NCBI GenBank assembly: GCA_003971905.1
Contig: RSEE01000088.1
Location: 1-64,000 of the forward strand
Length of the DNA: 64,000 bases
Direction: 5' to 3'
DNA from: Moniliella sp. 'wahieum'
Taxonomy: Eukaryota
Position 1 is the stretch's first letter; each line of letters opens with the position of its first letter. A model generated the notes under the pieces. That model ran no database searches and had not been told where the DNA came from. It saw nothing but the letters and a program-made list of their open reading frames with translations. Made by a program: the position numbers and the translations under genes. Shown in pieces: positions 38,156-50,049 of this stretch.

Positions 38156-38303
38156 TGGGCATTGGGCATTGGGCATTGGGCATTGGGCATTGGGCATTGG
38201 GCATTGGGCATTGGGCATTGGGCATTGGGCATTGGGCATTAGGCATTGGGCATTAGGCATTGGGCATTAGGCATTGGGCATTAGGCATTGGGCATTGGGC
38301 ATT
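38156..38303. repeat. Heptamer array (GGGCATT)~21 with AGGCATT variants
   Basis: Direct reading; variant units alternate in the 3' third. Confidence 0.97.
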
Positions 38304-39398
38304 GAAGGCGTATAGCAGACGCGACTTCACTACTACCTATATCTACACCTACCCATCGAGTCCAGTTAGCCACTACAATACAACCTACAACCTACGACCT
38401 AGGCACCGAGGCGAGGCAGGCTGCCAAGCAAAGCTAAATGAAACACTCGAGCGCACGAGCGCACGCGCACACGAGCATAGGATCAGAGGCGAGAATCAGG
38501 TTAGAATGCACCCCCCTCCTCGCGCCTTCAAGCGCACCAAGTCAACAAGCCAAGCGCCAAGCGGAGCAACAGGGAAAGCAGGGAGCAGGGAACAGGAAGC
38601 AGGAGAGGGGACCTTGCAGCCTCAGGACAACTGGGTCCCACATGAGTCAAGGGGAAAGAAAAAAGAAAAAAAAAGCCAAGGGGAAGCCAGGTGCGGTTCC
38701 CATCTGTGTTACGACGGTGAGGAAGTGGGGAAAGGAAAGGGAAAGGGAAAGGGAAAGGGAAAGGGGAAAGGGGAAGGTGGGGGGAGAGTTCATCCGAGAG
38801 GATGACAAAGGATGGGAGACCAAGTACGAAGCCCGATCTATGCATTTGCATTTACATTTGCATTTGCGGTGTGCATGTGCATGTGCGGTTACATGCAGTT
38901 GGTTGTGATCTCCTATCCCTGCCCCCCTTGGTGTGAGGGGGGCAAGGCGAAAGGGGTAGGACTAGGGGAGATAGGGCGATGGGAGCGGGGCGGAGAACCC
39001 AGTGGGAAATCCGTGTTCCTTGTTCCTGTTCCTTGTTTCGTGTTCAGTGTTCATGTTGAAGTTGAGTGGTCAGTGGTCAGTGTTGAGTGTTTTAGTGGGT
39101 AATGTTTTAGTGGTGAGTACTGAGTGTTCAGCTGCATGGCTGCATGGTGAATGGATCCCATTTGGACCGGGCGTCGGGTAGGACATACGACGCAGGGGCG
39201 CAAGGCAGGGCGCAGAGAGAGGTTGCGGGGGGAACCAGTAGGTGGGGGTAACTTGTAACTTTTGGCTGGAGCGCGCGGCGGTTGAACGTTGAAAGCTCGA
39301 GTTCAACAGGACGATCCCACATTGGCACCTTCCCACATTGGCACAAATCGCACCTTGGCACGGAAGCAGCTTCCCACGGGCGCGTTCGCCAAATCCGA

Positions 39399-40314
39399 TC
39401 ACATACCAAAGAAGCCCGTTTGGTCCGCGGACGCGCGCGACGGGTCCGAGGAGGTCAAGTGACGTTTTTGGGAGACGAAAAGTCTTCCCAGAGACGCTTG
39501 ACCTCTGCCTCGCCGGGCGGGCGGAGGGAGAGGGGAAGTGGTACGAGAGTGGGTGGGCACCCGCGGGACAGCGAGGGGGACCTACCATGGCCCAACGCAG
39601 CAGTCGACATGATCGGGGGCACACTGGCGCTAGGCGCATGCCCCTGTGTCGGTCCCTGTGTCGGTACGGGTGCCGAAGTCGGAGCCGAAGATGGGGGTGC
39701 CATAGGGAGCGAAGGTTCCTTTTCCTTGGTTTCGTCAGGCAAGAGTTGTTGTTCCAAAAACGTGTGCAGGGCGGACCAGAAGGCGGGGCTAGACAGTGCA
39801 GGGTCAGTCAGTACCTTCATTTGATGCAGGCAGCACAGCAAGCGGAGCGGGCCACGCAAAAGCAAAAGCAAAAGGGGGAAGAGACCTACTCTTGGATCTT
39901 GGACAGGTGGCGACGGGACACGCTCGAGGGCGAGCTGGGGGGGGGCGTGTAGAGCTGCGGGACCGAGGACGTGGAGGGGGACATGGTGATGGAAGGGGTG
40001 CGGGAGTGGGCCGAGGCGTTGCGCGAGTGGGTGGAGCGGGTAGACTGGTGGCGCGTCAGGCCAGGGGAGACTGGTCCGCCAGTGGCGGAGGCCGGGCTGG
40101 TGGACAAGTCGGCAGAGCCGAGACCGAGACCGAGGCCGGCGCCAAGCGACTCGACATCGGTGGTGAGGGTGAGCTCGGGGACAGACACGTTGGAGGCGGT
40201 GCGGCGCGAGGCCGGGGCCGGGGTGGAGAGGGGCGCGTGGGCAGAGGAGCCCGCGCCGGGGGGGACGGTGGTGGAGGTGAAGCCAAACGGGGCCTTCTTG
40301 GGGGCGTCGGACAT
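39399..40314 (-). CDS. Protein with Get5/Mdy2 C-terminal-like dimerisation segment
   Basis: PAFWSALHTFLEQQL..VKRLWEDF..LTSSD..DQTGFFGM resembles the C-termini of basidiomycete Get5-like proteins as recalled; probable intron near 39889-39826. Confidence 0.5.
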
Positions 40315-40561
40315 GTGGCGGGTGGTGGGGGGACAGAGGGTGGTGGTGGGGGGGCGGGGGCTAGGTGGGCGCTGGGCGGTGCGCACGGCGGGGACACGGG
40401 CGCGGTGCATGCCGCGCTGGCGCACGCGTGCAGTGTCCGCGTGGCGCCCCGCTCGCGCCTGCGCGTGCGCACACTGCCGTGGTGGTGCTGCGCTGCCTGC
40501 CCGCACGGCGCCCGTGTAGCGCTGCACGCAGCAAACCAGCCCCGCCCGATCGCTTGCGCAG

Positions 40562-40581
40562 CACGTGACACCCCACGTGAC
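40562..40581. promoter_or_regulatory. Tandem CACGTGAC E-boxes in a bidirectional promoter
   Basis: Two copies between the divergent Get5_C-like and TEN1-like genes; the same motif lies upstream of ERG6, ERG24, the BRCT gene and PIF1. Confidence 0.55.
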
Positions 40582-40665
40582 CCACCCCGACGCCCGCTCG
40601 CTGGGCCCAGTACTTCAGTACGACCGCCGCGCCGCCTGTCGGCTTCCCCCAGCGGCTCCGCACGC

Positions 40666-41427
40666 ATGGCCGACGCAGCGCTGCCGGCGCGCGCGCTGCC
40701 GCTCCCGCTGGGCGACCTGCTTCCCGAGCGCGACTGGGCCGCAAAATCAAGGTCGCAGGCAGGTACGTCGCGTCGTTGCGTCTCGTTTCGCGCGCACACA
40801 GCAGCTGACCCTTGGTTCGCTTCGTCCTTCGTCCTTCGTCCTTCGTCCTTCGTCCTTCGTGGTTCTTGCTTCGTCGTTCATGCTTTGGTGCCGGTTGGTT
40901 TTGCGTGGTGGGTGTGGGCAGTGTGCTGGAGTACGAGCGCCACGCGCCGCACCTATGTCGCGTGGCCGACTGCAGTGACGCGGCGCTCTTCCACGCGGGG
41001 AAGGAGGTGAGTGCGCGCCAGGCTGGCGCGCACGAGCCGTGGGTGATGGTAGACATGGGCCTGGTCAGCGCAGCGTCCATCCGCCTACCAGATTGCGGCG
41101 AAAGGTGTGGTTACAGGTACATTGGTCCGACGGGCACGGCCGTCTGTCTCGCCCTCACCCGCATCCGCATCCGCATCCGTATCCACATCCGGAACGGGCG
41201 TGAACGACTCGGTGCTGGCGCCGGTGATCGAGCGTGGGCCGGGGACGGGGTGGGTATTGGAAGCGGAGGTGGTGGAGGTACGGGAGGCGCTGGATGTAGC
41301 GGCGTTTGATCGTATGGCGCGGACGATGGCGCATCATGTAGCGCTGCATACGGCGTTGCAACGGCAAGCCGGCGACGCCGACCGCGCGTCCGAGCACGAC
41401 GCGCGAGCGGGAATGCGACGAACCTAA
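40666..41427 (+). CDS. TEN1: Ten1-like OB-fold protein (CST telomere-capping subunit)
   Basis: After intron 40763-40921 and frameshift correction: GRKIKVAGSVLEY..WVMVDMGLV..VVTGTL..WVLEAEVVEVREALDVAAFD, matching the Ten1 strand/helix pattern; small size fits. Confidence 0.6.
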
Positions 41428-41534
41428 TGACTGGTCTGTTGCCTATTCATTGTATGCGGCTACCGGTTACTGTCTGAGCTATTTGACTGGAAGGCGAGGA
41501 TGAGAGCAAGGACGAGGGCTAGGGGTTACGAGGG

Positions 41535-44211
41535 CTAGGGGTTACGAAGACTTGGACGAAAGCAGGAAATAAATTGGTCCAGACCAGGCCACAGGCCAGG
41601 CACTAAGGAGGCGGGGCGGGGACGGGGGCGTGGCCGCGCAAAGCGGGCGTCTGACCTTCGTGCAAGGAGCTGGTGGCGCTGCAGACAAAACGATAATCGA
41701 TAACGAACGACAGGGTGGTCAGAGCCTAGGATTCCGGGTTCTCCTCGCGCCATCCTGTCTTAGGCAGGCCGCAGGCGCAGCCCAAGGGTAGAACCCAAGG
41801 GCCAGCACCGAGGGCGAAACACCGAGGGCAACACCGAGGGCGAAACACCGAGGGCTGACACCAAGGGTAGACACCGAGGATGGCGAACGCTACGGGGAGG
41901 GGGACGTACCGTACAATGGTGAATTCAAACAGGATGCCAAACACGAGGAGGTGAAGGGCAAGAGCGTAGAGGACAAAGAAGATGCGCATTCTTCGGTCGC
42001 CAAGGACGATTTGCGTAAGGGTATGCAGTAGTCGTTCTAGTGGGTTGAGCGTGGCGAGCGCGCGCGATTGTTCCTGTAAAGCAAGGGTAAGGTCAAGGGT
42101 AAGGTCAAGGTCAGCAGGCAGTTCCAAGCCCCAAGGTCCAAGGCCCAGTCGGCACATCGATCTCACTAAGTACGACACGAGTACCTGGAAGGGGGGGGAG
42201 AGGGAGGGGAGGGGGGGGGGGGTGAAGAGAGAAAAGAAAAAGAAAAAGAAAAAGAAAGAGAAGGACATGTACGTACTTGACCACGGAAAGCCTGGAAGGG
42301 GTCCATACGTTCTTCGTATTTTTGGCGGTACCTATCCCTCTCTGCGTTGGGCGAGGGACGGGTCAGGGGGGTAAATAGACGCAGCACCAACGGTAGGCGG
42401 GACAACCACATGGTTCAACCCAAACCCTGACCCTGACCCATATCCATACCCCGATCCTGCACCCGCTGCGGATCCCGCTGCGGGGGGTGAGACGCCGGCG
42501 CAGCGTACGACTGCAAGTAGCGTAACTTTTCGTACAAGCCAACATTATCTTGTTGCAAACTAGCCAGGTCGCGGCGCAGTTGGGCAACGGTAGATGTGAG
42601 AGCTTGTACGTCCGCTTCTAATTCGGTCGTGCGCGCGCGGAAGCGGTCCCGCTGGGCAGTCACGATCGGGGAGGGAGGAGGAGCTGGTAGTGTGCGCCTG
42701 GCGCGCGGGGAGGGTTTGATAGGCGAGGGGTAGGGCGAGGGGAGGAGAGGAGAGGGAGAAGGTGAGGTAGGCACAGCCGGGAGCGAGTCTTGTCCGTCTT
42801 GTCCGTCTTGTCCGTCTTGTCCGTGCTCCCATCTGGTGGATCTTGTCACTCTTGTGCGTCGCGCGGGGCAAGGAGGATCGAAGGAGACCAATCATTTTCG
42901 AGTTTCTCGTTGAGGCTCTTGACGCGGCGCAGTTCGTCCGTGTGAGATGAACGACTTCCTGCGTCTTGAGGGACAAAGTGCGTTCGACCTCGGCCGATGG
43001 ACGCGCAACGTGGCGAGTTCATCCTGCAATTTGCGCGTCTTGTGCAGCAGGGCCGACTCTAACGGTGCGCCATCGGGTGTGCCATCTGGTGCATCTTCGA
43101 TCCCGCCCAACTCGATCGAGCGTAAAATGTCCAGCTCATGCTTGATTTGGTCATAGTCCTTCTGGGCTTCGAGGCGGGTGTCGCAGTTCCGCCAGGTCGC
43201 GCTGCAACTGAGCGCGTTTCTTCTCAGTCTCCGCCGTGGCAGCCGCAGCACGAGCCTTGGACTCCTCTTGGTCCTGGTCCCAGCGATCGAGCAACCCTTT
43301 CAACGATCGGTTCTCACGTTCGGTCGAAGCGAGTCGTTGAGTCAGCGCATCAACTTCGCTCGTATCCTTGCCCAAGTGAGCCCGTTCCAACTGAGCTGCC
43401 AACTCCTCGTTCCTGCGCTCCAACTGTGCTGTGCGGCGGTGCGAGCGCTCCAGTTCCGACACCATCATTTCTTCTGCTGCCGTAGGCGCCTGGGAAGTGG
43501 AAGGCAACGTTGCCTGGCCCAGACCGTGACGGGTCATTTCCCCTCCCTAGCACGCAACTCGGTAACCTGTTCCTTTAAGCGTGCTAGTGTGCGCTGGCTC
43601 TCGGCCTGGCTGGCTTCATGGTTACGCGTTCGTTCAGCCAGTTGTGCTTCCCATGCGCGGTCGGACGCGGCGAGGCGTTCGGTCAAGGTGGCTTCATGGC
43701 CCTGCTTGAGCGCGACCAGCTGAGCTTCCAGCGCAGCGACCTGGGCCTCCGTCGAGGCTGCGAGCGCTGCACGACGTTCCAAGTCCCGATGGCTGGCCTG
43801 GAGCGCAGCGTACTTATCCTTGACGGCCTCTGCGTCAGCGAGGGTCATGGCCTGCTCGACCAGCATCTCGAGTAAGGGGTACGGGTCGGGGGCAGAGGCG
43901 AGGCTAGGTTGTGGACCGGGGGCCCAGACGCGCAGAAAGGCAGATTCGGCGGTTTGGGCACGGCGCGTCAAAGCATCGATCTCGGTCTGGTACTGCTTGA
44001 GCATGGCGCGGACCGCATCGACCTTGGCCTCGGGCGTCTGCTTTTTAAAGGCGCGGGTGGCGTCGGCGAGGGCGCGGCGGGAAGCAAGGGAGGCTTGTTG
44101 GGTGGCGTGCAGCTCGTCGGGCACGGGCGCAAGCGCCTGTTGCAGCGCACCAAGGCCAATGGCGCCCCAGGCATCGAGGGCAGCACCAACGCTGCCGCTG
44201 GGCGCAGACAT
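41535..44211 (-). CDS. COY1: CASP/Coy1 golgin
   Basis: SRRALADATRAFKK, LKQYQTEIDALTRRA, APDPYPLLE, IVTAQRDRFRARTTELE, DNVGLYEKLRYLQSY, KYEERMDPFQAFRG, TM IFFVLYALALHLLVF. Multiple introns; last exon uncertain. Confidence 0.95.
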
Positions 44212-44711
44212 GGTGGCGGTGGGGGAGGGAATGAGGTTGCTCTGCTCCACGTCGGCCGCCAGCGACGAGCAGCTGAGGTGAGTTGGGTTGAGGCGCAGCT
44301 GGGCGCCCGACGAGTGAAACGTTCAGAGGGGCGTGGGCGACGTGGAAGGTCCAACGCGCAGTTGAACGTTCAATGGAACACACGTTGGGGTTGCAATTTC
44401 AGCTGCAGTTACTATGCAATGTACGCCTGAAACGTTGCAGCGTGCGGCGGGGGTGAGACGGGTTGGGTAAGCGCCCGCATGCGGTGGGTGATGCTGTGTG
44501 CTGGGTGATGATTGGCTAATCCTTCCCAGGGCGCAGGCTGGCCAGGCATGCTATTTTTGGGGCAAGGTGGACTGACAAATCTAAGGGAGGGTGAGTTAAC
44601 GTTAGCTCCACGTGCGAGCCAAGGGCGGCGACCCAGCGGGGGTAGGTAAGACGTGTGGTGCGCGGGCGGAGGAGCGGCGGGCGGCCGAGGGCCGAGGGTG
44701 GAGGGGATTGT

Positions 44712-46096
44712 TGTTGGCCTAGGGAGCCGGACGGGCAGAAGGATGAGGAGAAGGTGATGGATTGGAGCCAGAGTTGGGTCTGGGTACAGAGGCATCTATA
44801 TAGGAGGCTGGACTAGGCACAGGGACAGTGAGTCACACAGGAGAGAGTGCAGGGCACAGGGACAGTGACACGCAGGGACGTCAGCGTGGAAGCCGATGGA
44901 ACCGAGGCGACCTGGTCTACCGACTGGGAGCCAGAGGATCACAGTCAAACCCCCGCTGGCCAGGGAACCCGGAGACATCGGTGTGGGATGAGCTCTGCCA
45001 GTGGATGTAGAGAGGGGAGGACTGAGTGGCAACCGGGACGAATGGCCTGGAGTTGTGCATGGCCACACGACTGGCCTACACCCCGCTGTCCAGGATGACA
45101 CTGAACGAGCCGAGCGCTTGTGGTTGGTGTATTGTGCGACCGCCAGATGCTTGTAGAAGTCTTAGAAGTAAAAGTAGTAGGGTTGCGCCCCGAAGCGATT
45201 TGGTGGGCAAAAAGTAAAAAGCACCAGTTATAGGTGTAGTGAAAGAAAATTGGAAACTTGGAGTAAATGCGGTCCAAGGTCGTTTGGCATCAAAATTGGA
45301 TGCGTTTGGTAGTTGTTTGGTTCCGCATGCCTGGTGCCAGGGGGTCCATTGGGCATGGGAAATGAACGGGCGCTATGCGTCAACCGTCTTGATCTGTTTG
45401 GGTTCTCTTGTTGTTGAAAAAGAGGAGTGGAAGAAGTTGGGTGACCACCCCCCCCATCCTTTCCCCAGGTGCCCCGGATGAATTGGCAATCCGGGGCGTG
45501 TAGCCGTGGGTGGGCACTTGATGAGCAGCCACCCCCGCTTTCTGCGATTCGCCTGCGCCGTTTGTCGTTGGAGGAATTTCGTCTCGTTGACGATTACCCG
45601 AACACGTTTTGTTCCGTCGTGGTTGTCCCTAAAAATCATTGCCCCATCTGTGGGGGACGATGTGCCGATTGTGGCGGTAGTATGCCGATTGTGGCGGTAG
45701 TATGCCGATTGTGGCGGTAAGGTGCCGATTGTGGTGCGGTGTGTTGTGGGCGGGGAGGACGGGTGTGTTCTTGTGGGCTTGGCGGCTTAGCTTGGGCTGT
45801 AGGCTTGGGGGTGGCTTTTGAAGAGCGCTCCCCTTCCGGGGGGATCAGATTGTAGCTCTGTTGGCCTAGGGAGCCGGACGGGCAGAAGGATGAGGAGAAG
45901 GTGATGGATTGGAGCCAGAGTTGGGTCTGGGTACAGAGGCATCTATTAGGAGGCTGGACTAGGCACGGGACAGTGAGTCACACAGGAGAGAGTGCAGGGC
46001 ACAGGGACAGTGACACGCAGGGACGTCAGCGTGGAAGCCGATGGAACCGAGGCGAACCTGGTCTACCGACTGGGAGCCAGAGGATCACAGTCAACA
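44712..46096 (-). mobile_element. Non-autonomous LTR retroelement (TRIM-like), 1385 bp
   Basis: ~238-bp direct repeats (44712-44949 and 45859-46096) differing by ~4 single-base indels; TG..CA ends; TSD ATTGT at 44707-44711 and 46097-46101; short G-run PPT candidate on minus at about 44950; no pol motifs. Orientation tentative. Confidence 0.93.
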
Positions 46097-46581
46097 ATTG
46101 TCGATTGGGTGGCGCCGCGGCGCAGACACGATGCGCGCGCGTCAGCCTGACGGCTCAGCTTCAGCAGAGCCAGCAGCCAGCAACGCTCCAGCTGAACCGC
46201 CCGCCGCTGCTAGCCGCCCGCGCGCGGCGATTAATTCCACGCCCATTTCCAACCAGAGCAGCCGCATGCCAGCCTGGCGCCTGGCACGCGCACTGGCCCA
46301 GGTCCCGTGGTAGTCACTAGTCACCCTCCCGAGCCACTAGCCAAGCCCTGCGCTCCCCAACCACCCGCCCCAGCACTGGTCTAGTGTGGGCCACAAACGC
46401 TGCTGAGACAGCCAAAGTGACAGCCGCTGGTATTTTCTGACGGATCGGCACCCAGTAGCCTAGCCACGCCCTCCTCCCCTTGCCCTCGCCCTCGCCCTCT
46501 GCTTCGGACCACAACCACCTCCCGTCTCGCCCCGCCCCGCCCCACCCCCACCCCCACCCCCACCCCCGCCACTCGTTTGCC

Positions 46582-47819
46582 ATGGCATCCCACCCGACCC
46601 CCGGTACGACGCCCTGGCGCGGTGCTGCCCTACCTCTTCCCCCGTCTGTCCGCACGGCCTGCGACGGCAGCAGTGCGCTGCTCTCGTGGCAGCCGGGCAA
46701 GACGCCCTTCTCCACCATCCATCGGTCTGCTTGCTGGAGGTGCCTATCTGTCTGTCATCTTATTGTGCGCGAGGCCATGTGCGGCACAATGTACCGGCTT
46801 TACGCTGCGCAAGCCGTTGTCGTGCACAATTTCCTCTTGTCTCGGCATCGTTTTTGCTGCTTGCGTGTATGCTGGAAGAAATCCTACCCATCTGGTGGCA
46901 GCATGGATTTTTCCATGCTATCTGCGCCCAGGACGCCTGGACCCCGCGCATGGAAACCCTCTACATCTTTAACTACCTCTTCAGTACTGGGAGCTGGGCG
47001 ACACCATGTTCCTTGTCCTCAAGAAAAAACCACTTGCGTTCCTGCACGTCTACCACCACTCGGCCACGGCTCTGCTTTGCTTTTCCCAGCTGCTCGGTAA
47101 AACGTCCGTGTCCTGGTCGTCATCGCCTCAACTTGGCGGTGCATGTGATCATGTGTACGTCCCCCCCTCCCTCCCACCAGACGAACTCAACACTAACCCT
47201 TCCCCTCCCCTAGACTTCTACTACCTTCTTGCTGCGCTGCGGATCCGTTGCCGTGGAAGAAGGCCGTGACGACGATGCAGATTTCGCAGTTTGGCTGGAC
47301 CTGGGCGTGGTGTACTTTGCGTCGTACAGCTACTTTGTCGGAGCGTACGGGCTGCCTCTACCTTCGATGGGCAGCTGTGCGGCAGGCAAAGAGCACGCAG
47401 TATGGTCAGGATGTGCGATCCTGACCTCCTACCTGTTCCTGTTCATTGCGTTCTACCAGCGGACGTACCACCAGCGCGCGCAGGACGGGGCGAAACCTAA
47501 GTTTATGCGTACGCTACGTGCCTCGTCCGTCTCCATGACGCGCACCGACATTGTTCATCCGGAGCTGCGTGTGCCGTCGGTGCCTGTCTCGCGTGCCGCG
47601 ACGCCCGACTGGGAGAAGGTGCTGGCGCAGGAAAGGCGCAGGCAAACTAAGTCGGTTTTGATTCTGGCTGGCTGGGCTGGGGGGCGGCGCTTGCTGGCGC
47701 CCCTGGCGGGTGGGTGTTTTTGGTTTGACTTCTATCCTTGTATTGGCTACATTATCCCCCACGGTGCATGGGTGTTTGAAGGGTGCTGCGGCTATGGATT
47801 GGGCGTGGACAATGAGTAG
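46582..47819 (+). CDS. GNS1/SUR4-family fatty acid elongase
   Basis: [53 protein letters not shown]. Intron 47155-47213; frameshifts; true stop may be near 47650. Confidence 0.95.
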
Positions 47820-48437
47820 GATTCGTAGGCGCGGCCAGAGGCACGCAGCAGGGCGGAAGGAGCGGCGTCGAATTGGGGCACGTGACATGGGACACGGGAC
47901 AGGGCGCAGCGGGCCACAGTGCTTGGCTAGGCGCCTAGCCTAGGCCCTATGGGCGATGCGTGACTAGGACGCACTAGCCCAGGCGCCAGGTGACCGATGT
48001 GTGATACATGTGACTGATGGTTGTCCCCCTTTAGGGTTAGTGGCTGGGCTGGAATTGGCACCGGCAGGGTTGCTTAGGTCAGCCGATGGTTGCTGAGGCG
48101 CCTCAGCCGCTGAGCTGAGTCAGCAATCATGAATCAGCAGGCCGCGCGTTGAACTTGGACGTTGAACATTTGGGTGAATGTTGCAGCTGGCCGTGGGATT
48201 TGAAATTGCATTGGCCTGATATCACTATCACGTGGCAGCAGCCCGCCCCTGTAGGGTTGCAACTTTCAATCGGGCATGGCCCTGAGGCCTGAGGCCTGAC
48301 GCCTTGGTTGGTGCGGCTGGGGTGGGGCGTGGCGTGGCCTGGGCTGCTCGCTTGGCGGCGGGTGCTCCTGGCTGCCATCGGCGCCTGCCTCGGCGCTTTG
48401 TGCAGTGTACTTTGGAGTGCGCCCCGTCGTGTCCGGC

Positions 48438-50038
48438 ATGGCGCCCCGAGCCTCCGCTGTCTCTGTCCCCTCACCAGAGCGTCCGATGGCTCGCCCAGCT
48501 TCCTGGGTGGGTGGGTGCGCCGCTCTCCTCGCTCTCCTCTCTACGTCGGTCTGGGTGGGGGAACGCCTAGCCCGTGGGACCCGCCACCGGGGTGGGACGA
48601 TCCGATGGACGAAGATCCGTTTGTGGTACTGTTTGCGCTTCTCATTCTGTTCTGCAGCCTGTTTGCCATCTTGCTCGTGTTCAGTGCGTCGCTGGCGATT
48701 GTCCGGCGCACCGGGTCGTTTGGCTATGCGGACGAGGAAGCTGCGACGGACTTGTCGCAGCTCGAGGCTTCGCGAGGAGCTGCAGGTACGTGAGGACGCC
48801 TATCTCGCCCAACTGGCTCCGGCTGCACAGAGGGGCTACCTGCATGCGCGCCAATGGACCGAACACAATCCGTACGGATCGGTCCAGACCGACATTACCT
48901 TAGCGCAGTACCTTTCGATCCAGGAAAAAGGGTCTGGCAGCGTTCGCCTTTGAGCCCAACTACGAGGACAACCCTGCGGTGCTCGTATCGGGTCGGATGG
49001 AGATCCAGTTCCTTCCTGACGGGGTGGGCATGGCAGCGGAAGAAGGTGGGGCAGTGTGTGTGCAGAGCAACCTACCTATTCCTCGACTTAATGAGGTGTA
49101 CTATTTCGAAGTCAAGATGCTCGACCTGCCTGCCCAGACAGACGTGGCGATCGGCCTGACCACACGACCTTACCCCTCCTTCCGCTTTCCCGGGCTGCAC
49201 CGCTACTCGATCGGGTACTTCCGTGACGGGCGGGTGAGCTACAACCATCCCTGGTTAGCGCGTGGGTTTGGACATCCGTTTGCGCAGGGGGATGTGTGGG
49301 GGTGGGCTTCCGACCTCGTGGGGGGCACGTTTTTTTCACCCGCAACGGTCGTCGGGTACGCGAGATGTTTTGCGGACTAGGATGGGTCAACTTGTTTCCT
49401 ACTGTAGCAGCCAACGGACCAGCCCAACTGCACGTCAACGTAGGTGGGAGCGGGTTCGTTTGATTGAAGCCAATGTCAAACGTTGGGGGTTTGCTGCACC
49501 AGGTACACTGCCCCCACCTCCACCTTATGGCCGCACGCAAGATTCCGTCCTGATTGACATGGGCGGCGAGAATCCCCTGCCTGCCGATACGGCCGAGGGC
49601 TCTTCCTCTCGTCAATATCAGTTGCCCCCCATGCAATTGCCTCCGCCCTTTGTCTCGCTACCCCTACCCCTACCCGTACTCTCCTTCCCCTACCATTTCG
49701 CCCCCCTTGGACGCTGTCCGCCCCCGGCGTATACCACCGACCAACCAGCCGACGCGCGTCGCCAGGCCCAGCAGAGCGACCGAGGCATGACGTCTGTCAT
49801 CTCCACCTTCGATCTGCCATCGCTCGCTCGATCTTCCCCGCAAACCCCCCCCCTTCCTCTCCCTTTCCCTTTCCCTTTCCCCTTTCCCCTTTCCCCGTCC
49901 GCTTCCCCTGGGCCCGGCACGTTGTTTTACATACCTGTTGATACCTTGGATCTATGGCACCCCAAAAGTAGTCTGGTTTCTGGACTGTTGGTTCGGCGCT
50001 CAACACACCACGCCATGCACATCACATCACGAACATGA
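48438..50038 (+). CDS. SSH4: SPRY-domain membrane protein Ssh4/Ear1
   Basis: N-terminal TM, TDITLAQYLSIQEKG, VQSNLPIPRLNEVYYFEVKM, IGLTTRPYPSFRFPG, IEANVKRWGFA..GTLPPPPPYG. Ends approximate. Confidence 0.9.
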
Positions 50039-50049
50039 CAGCACACCGC

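Noticed and set aside
38156..38303. CRISPR array or MPNAQCP-repeat protein
   Set aside because: No spacers and a eukaryotic context; the ORFs are translation artefacts of a 7-bp repeat.
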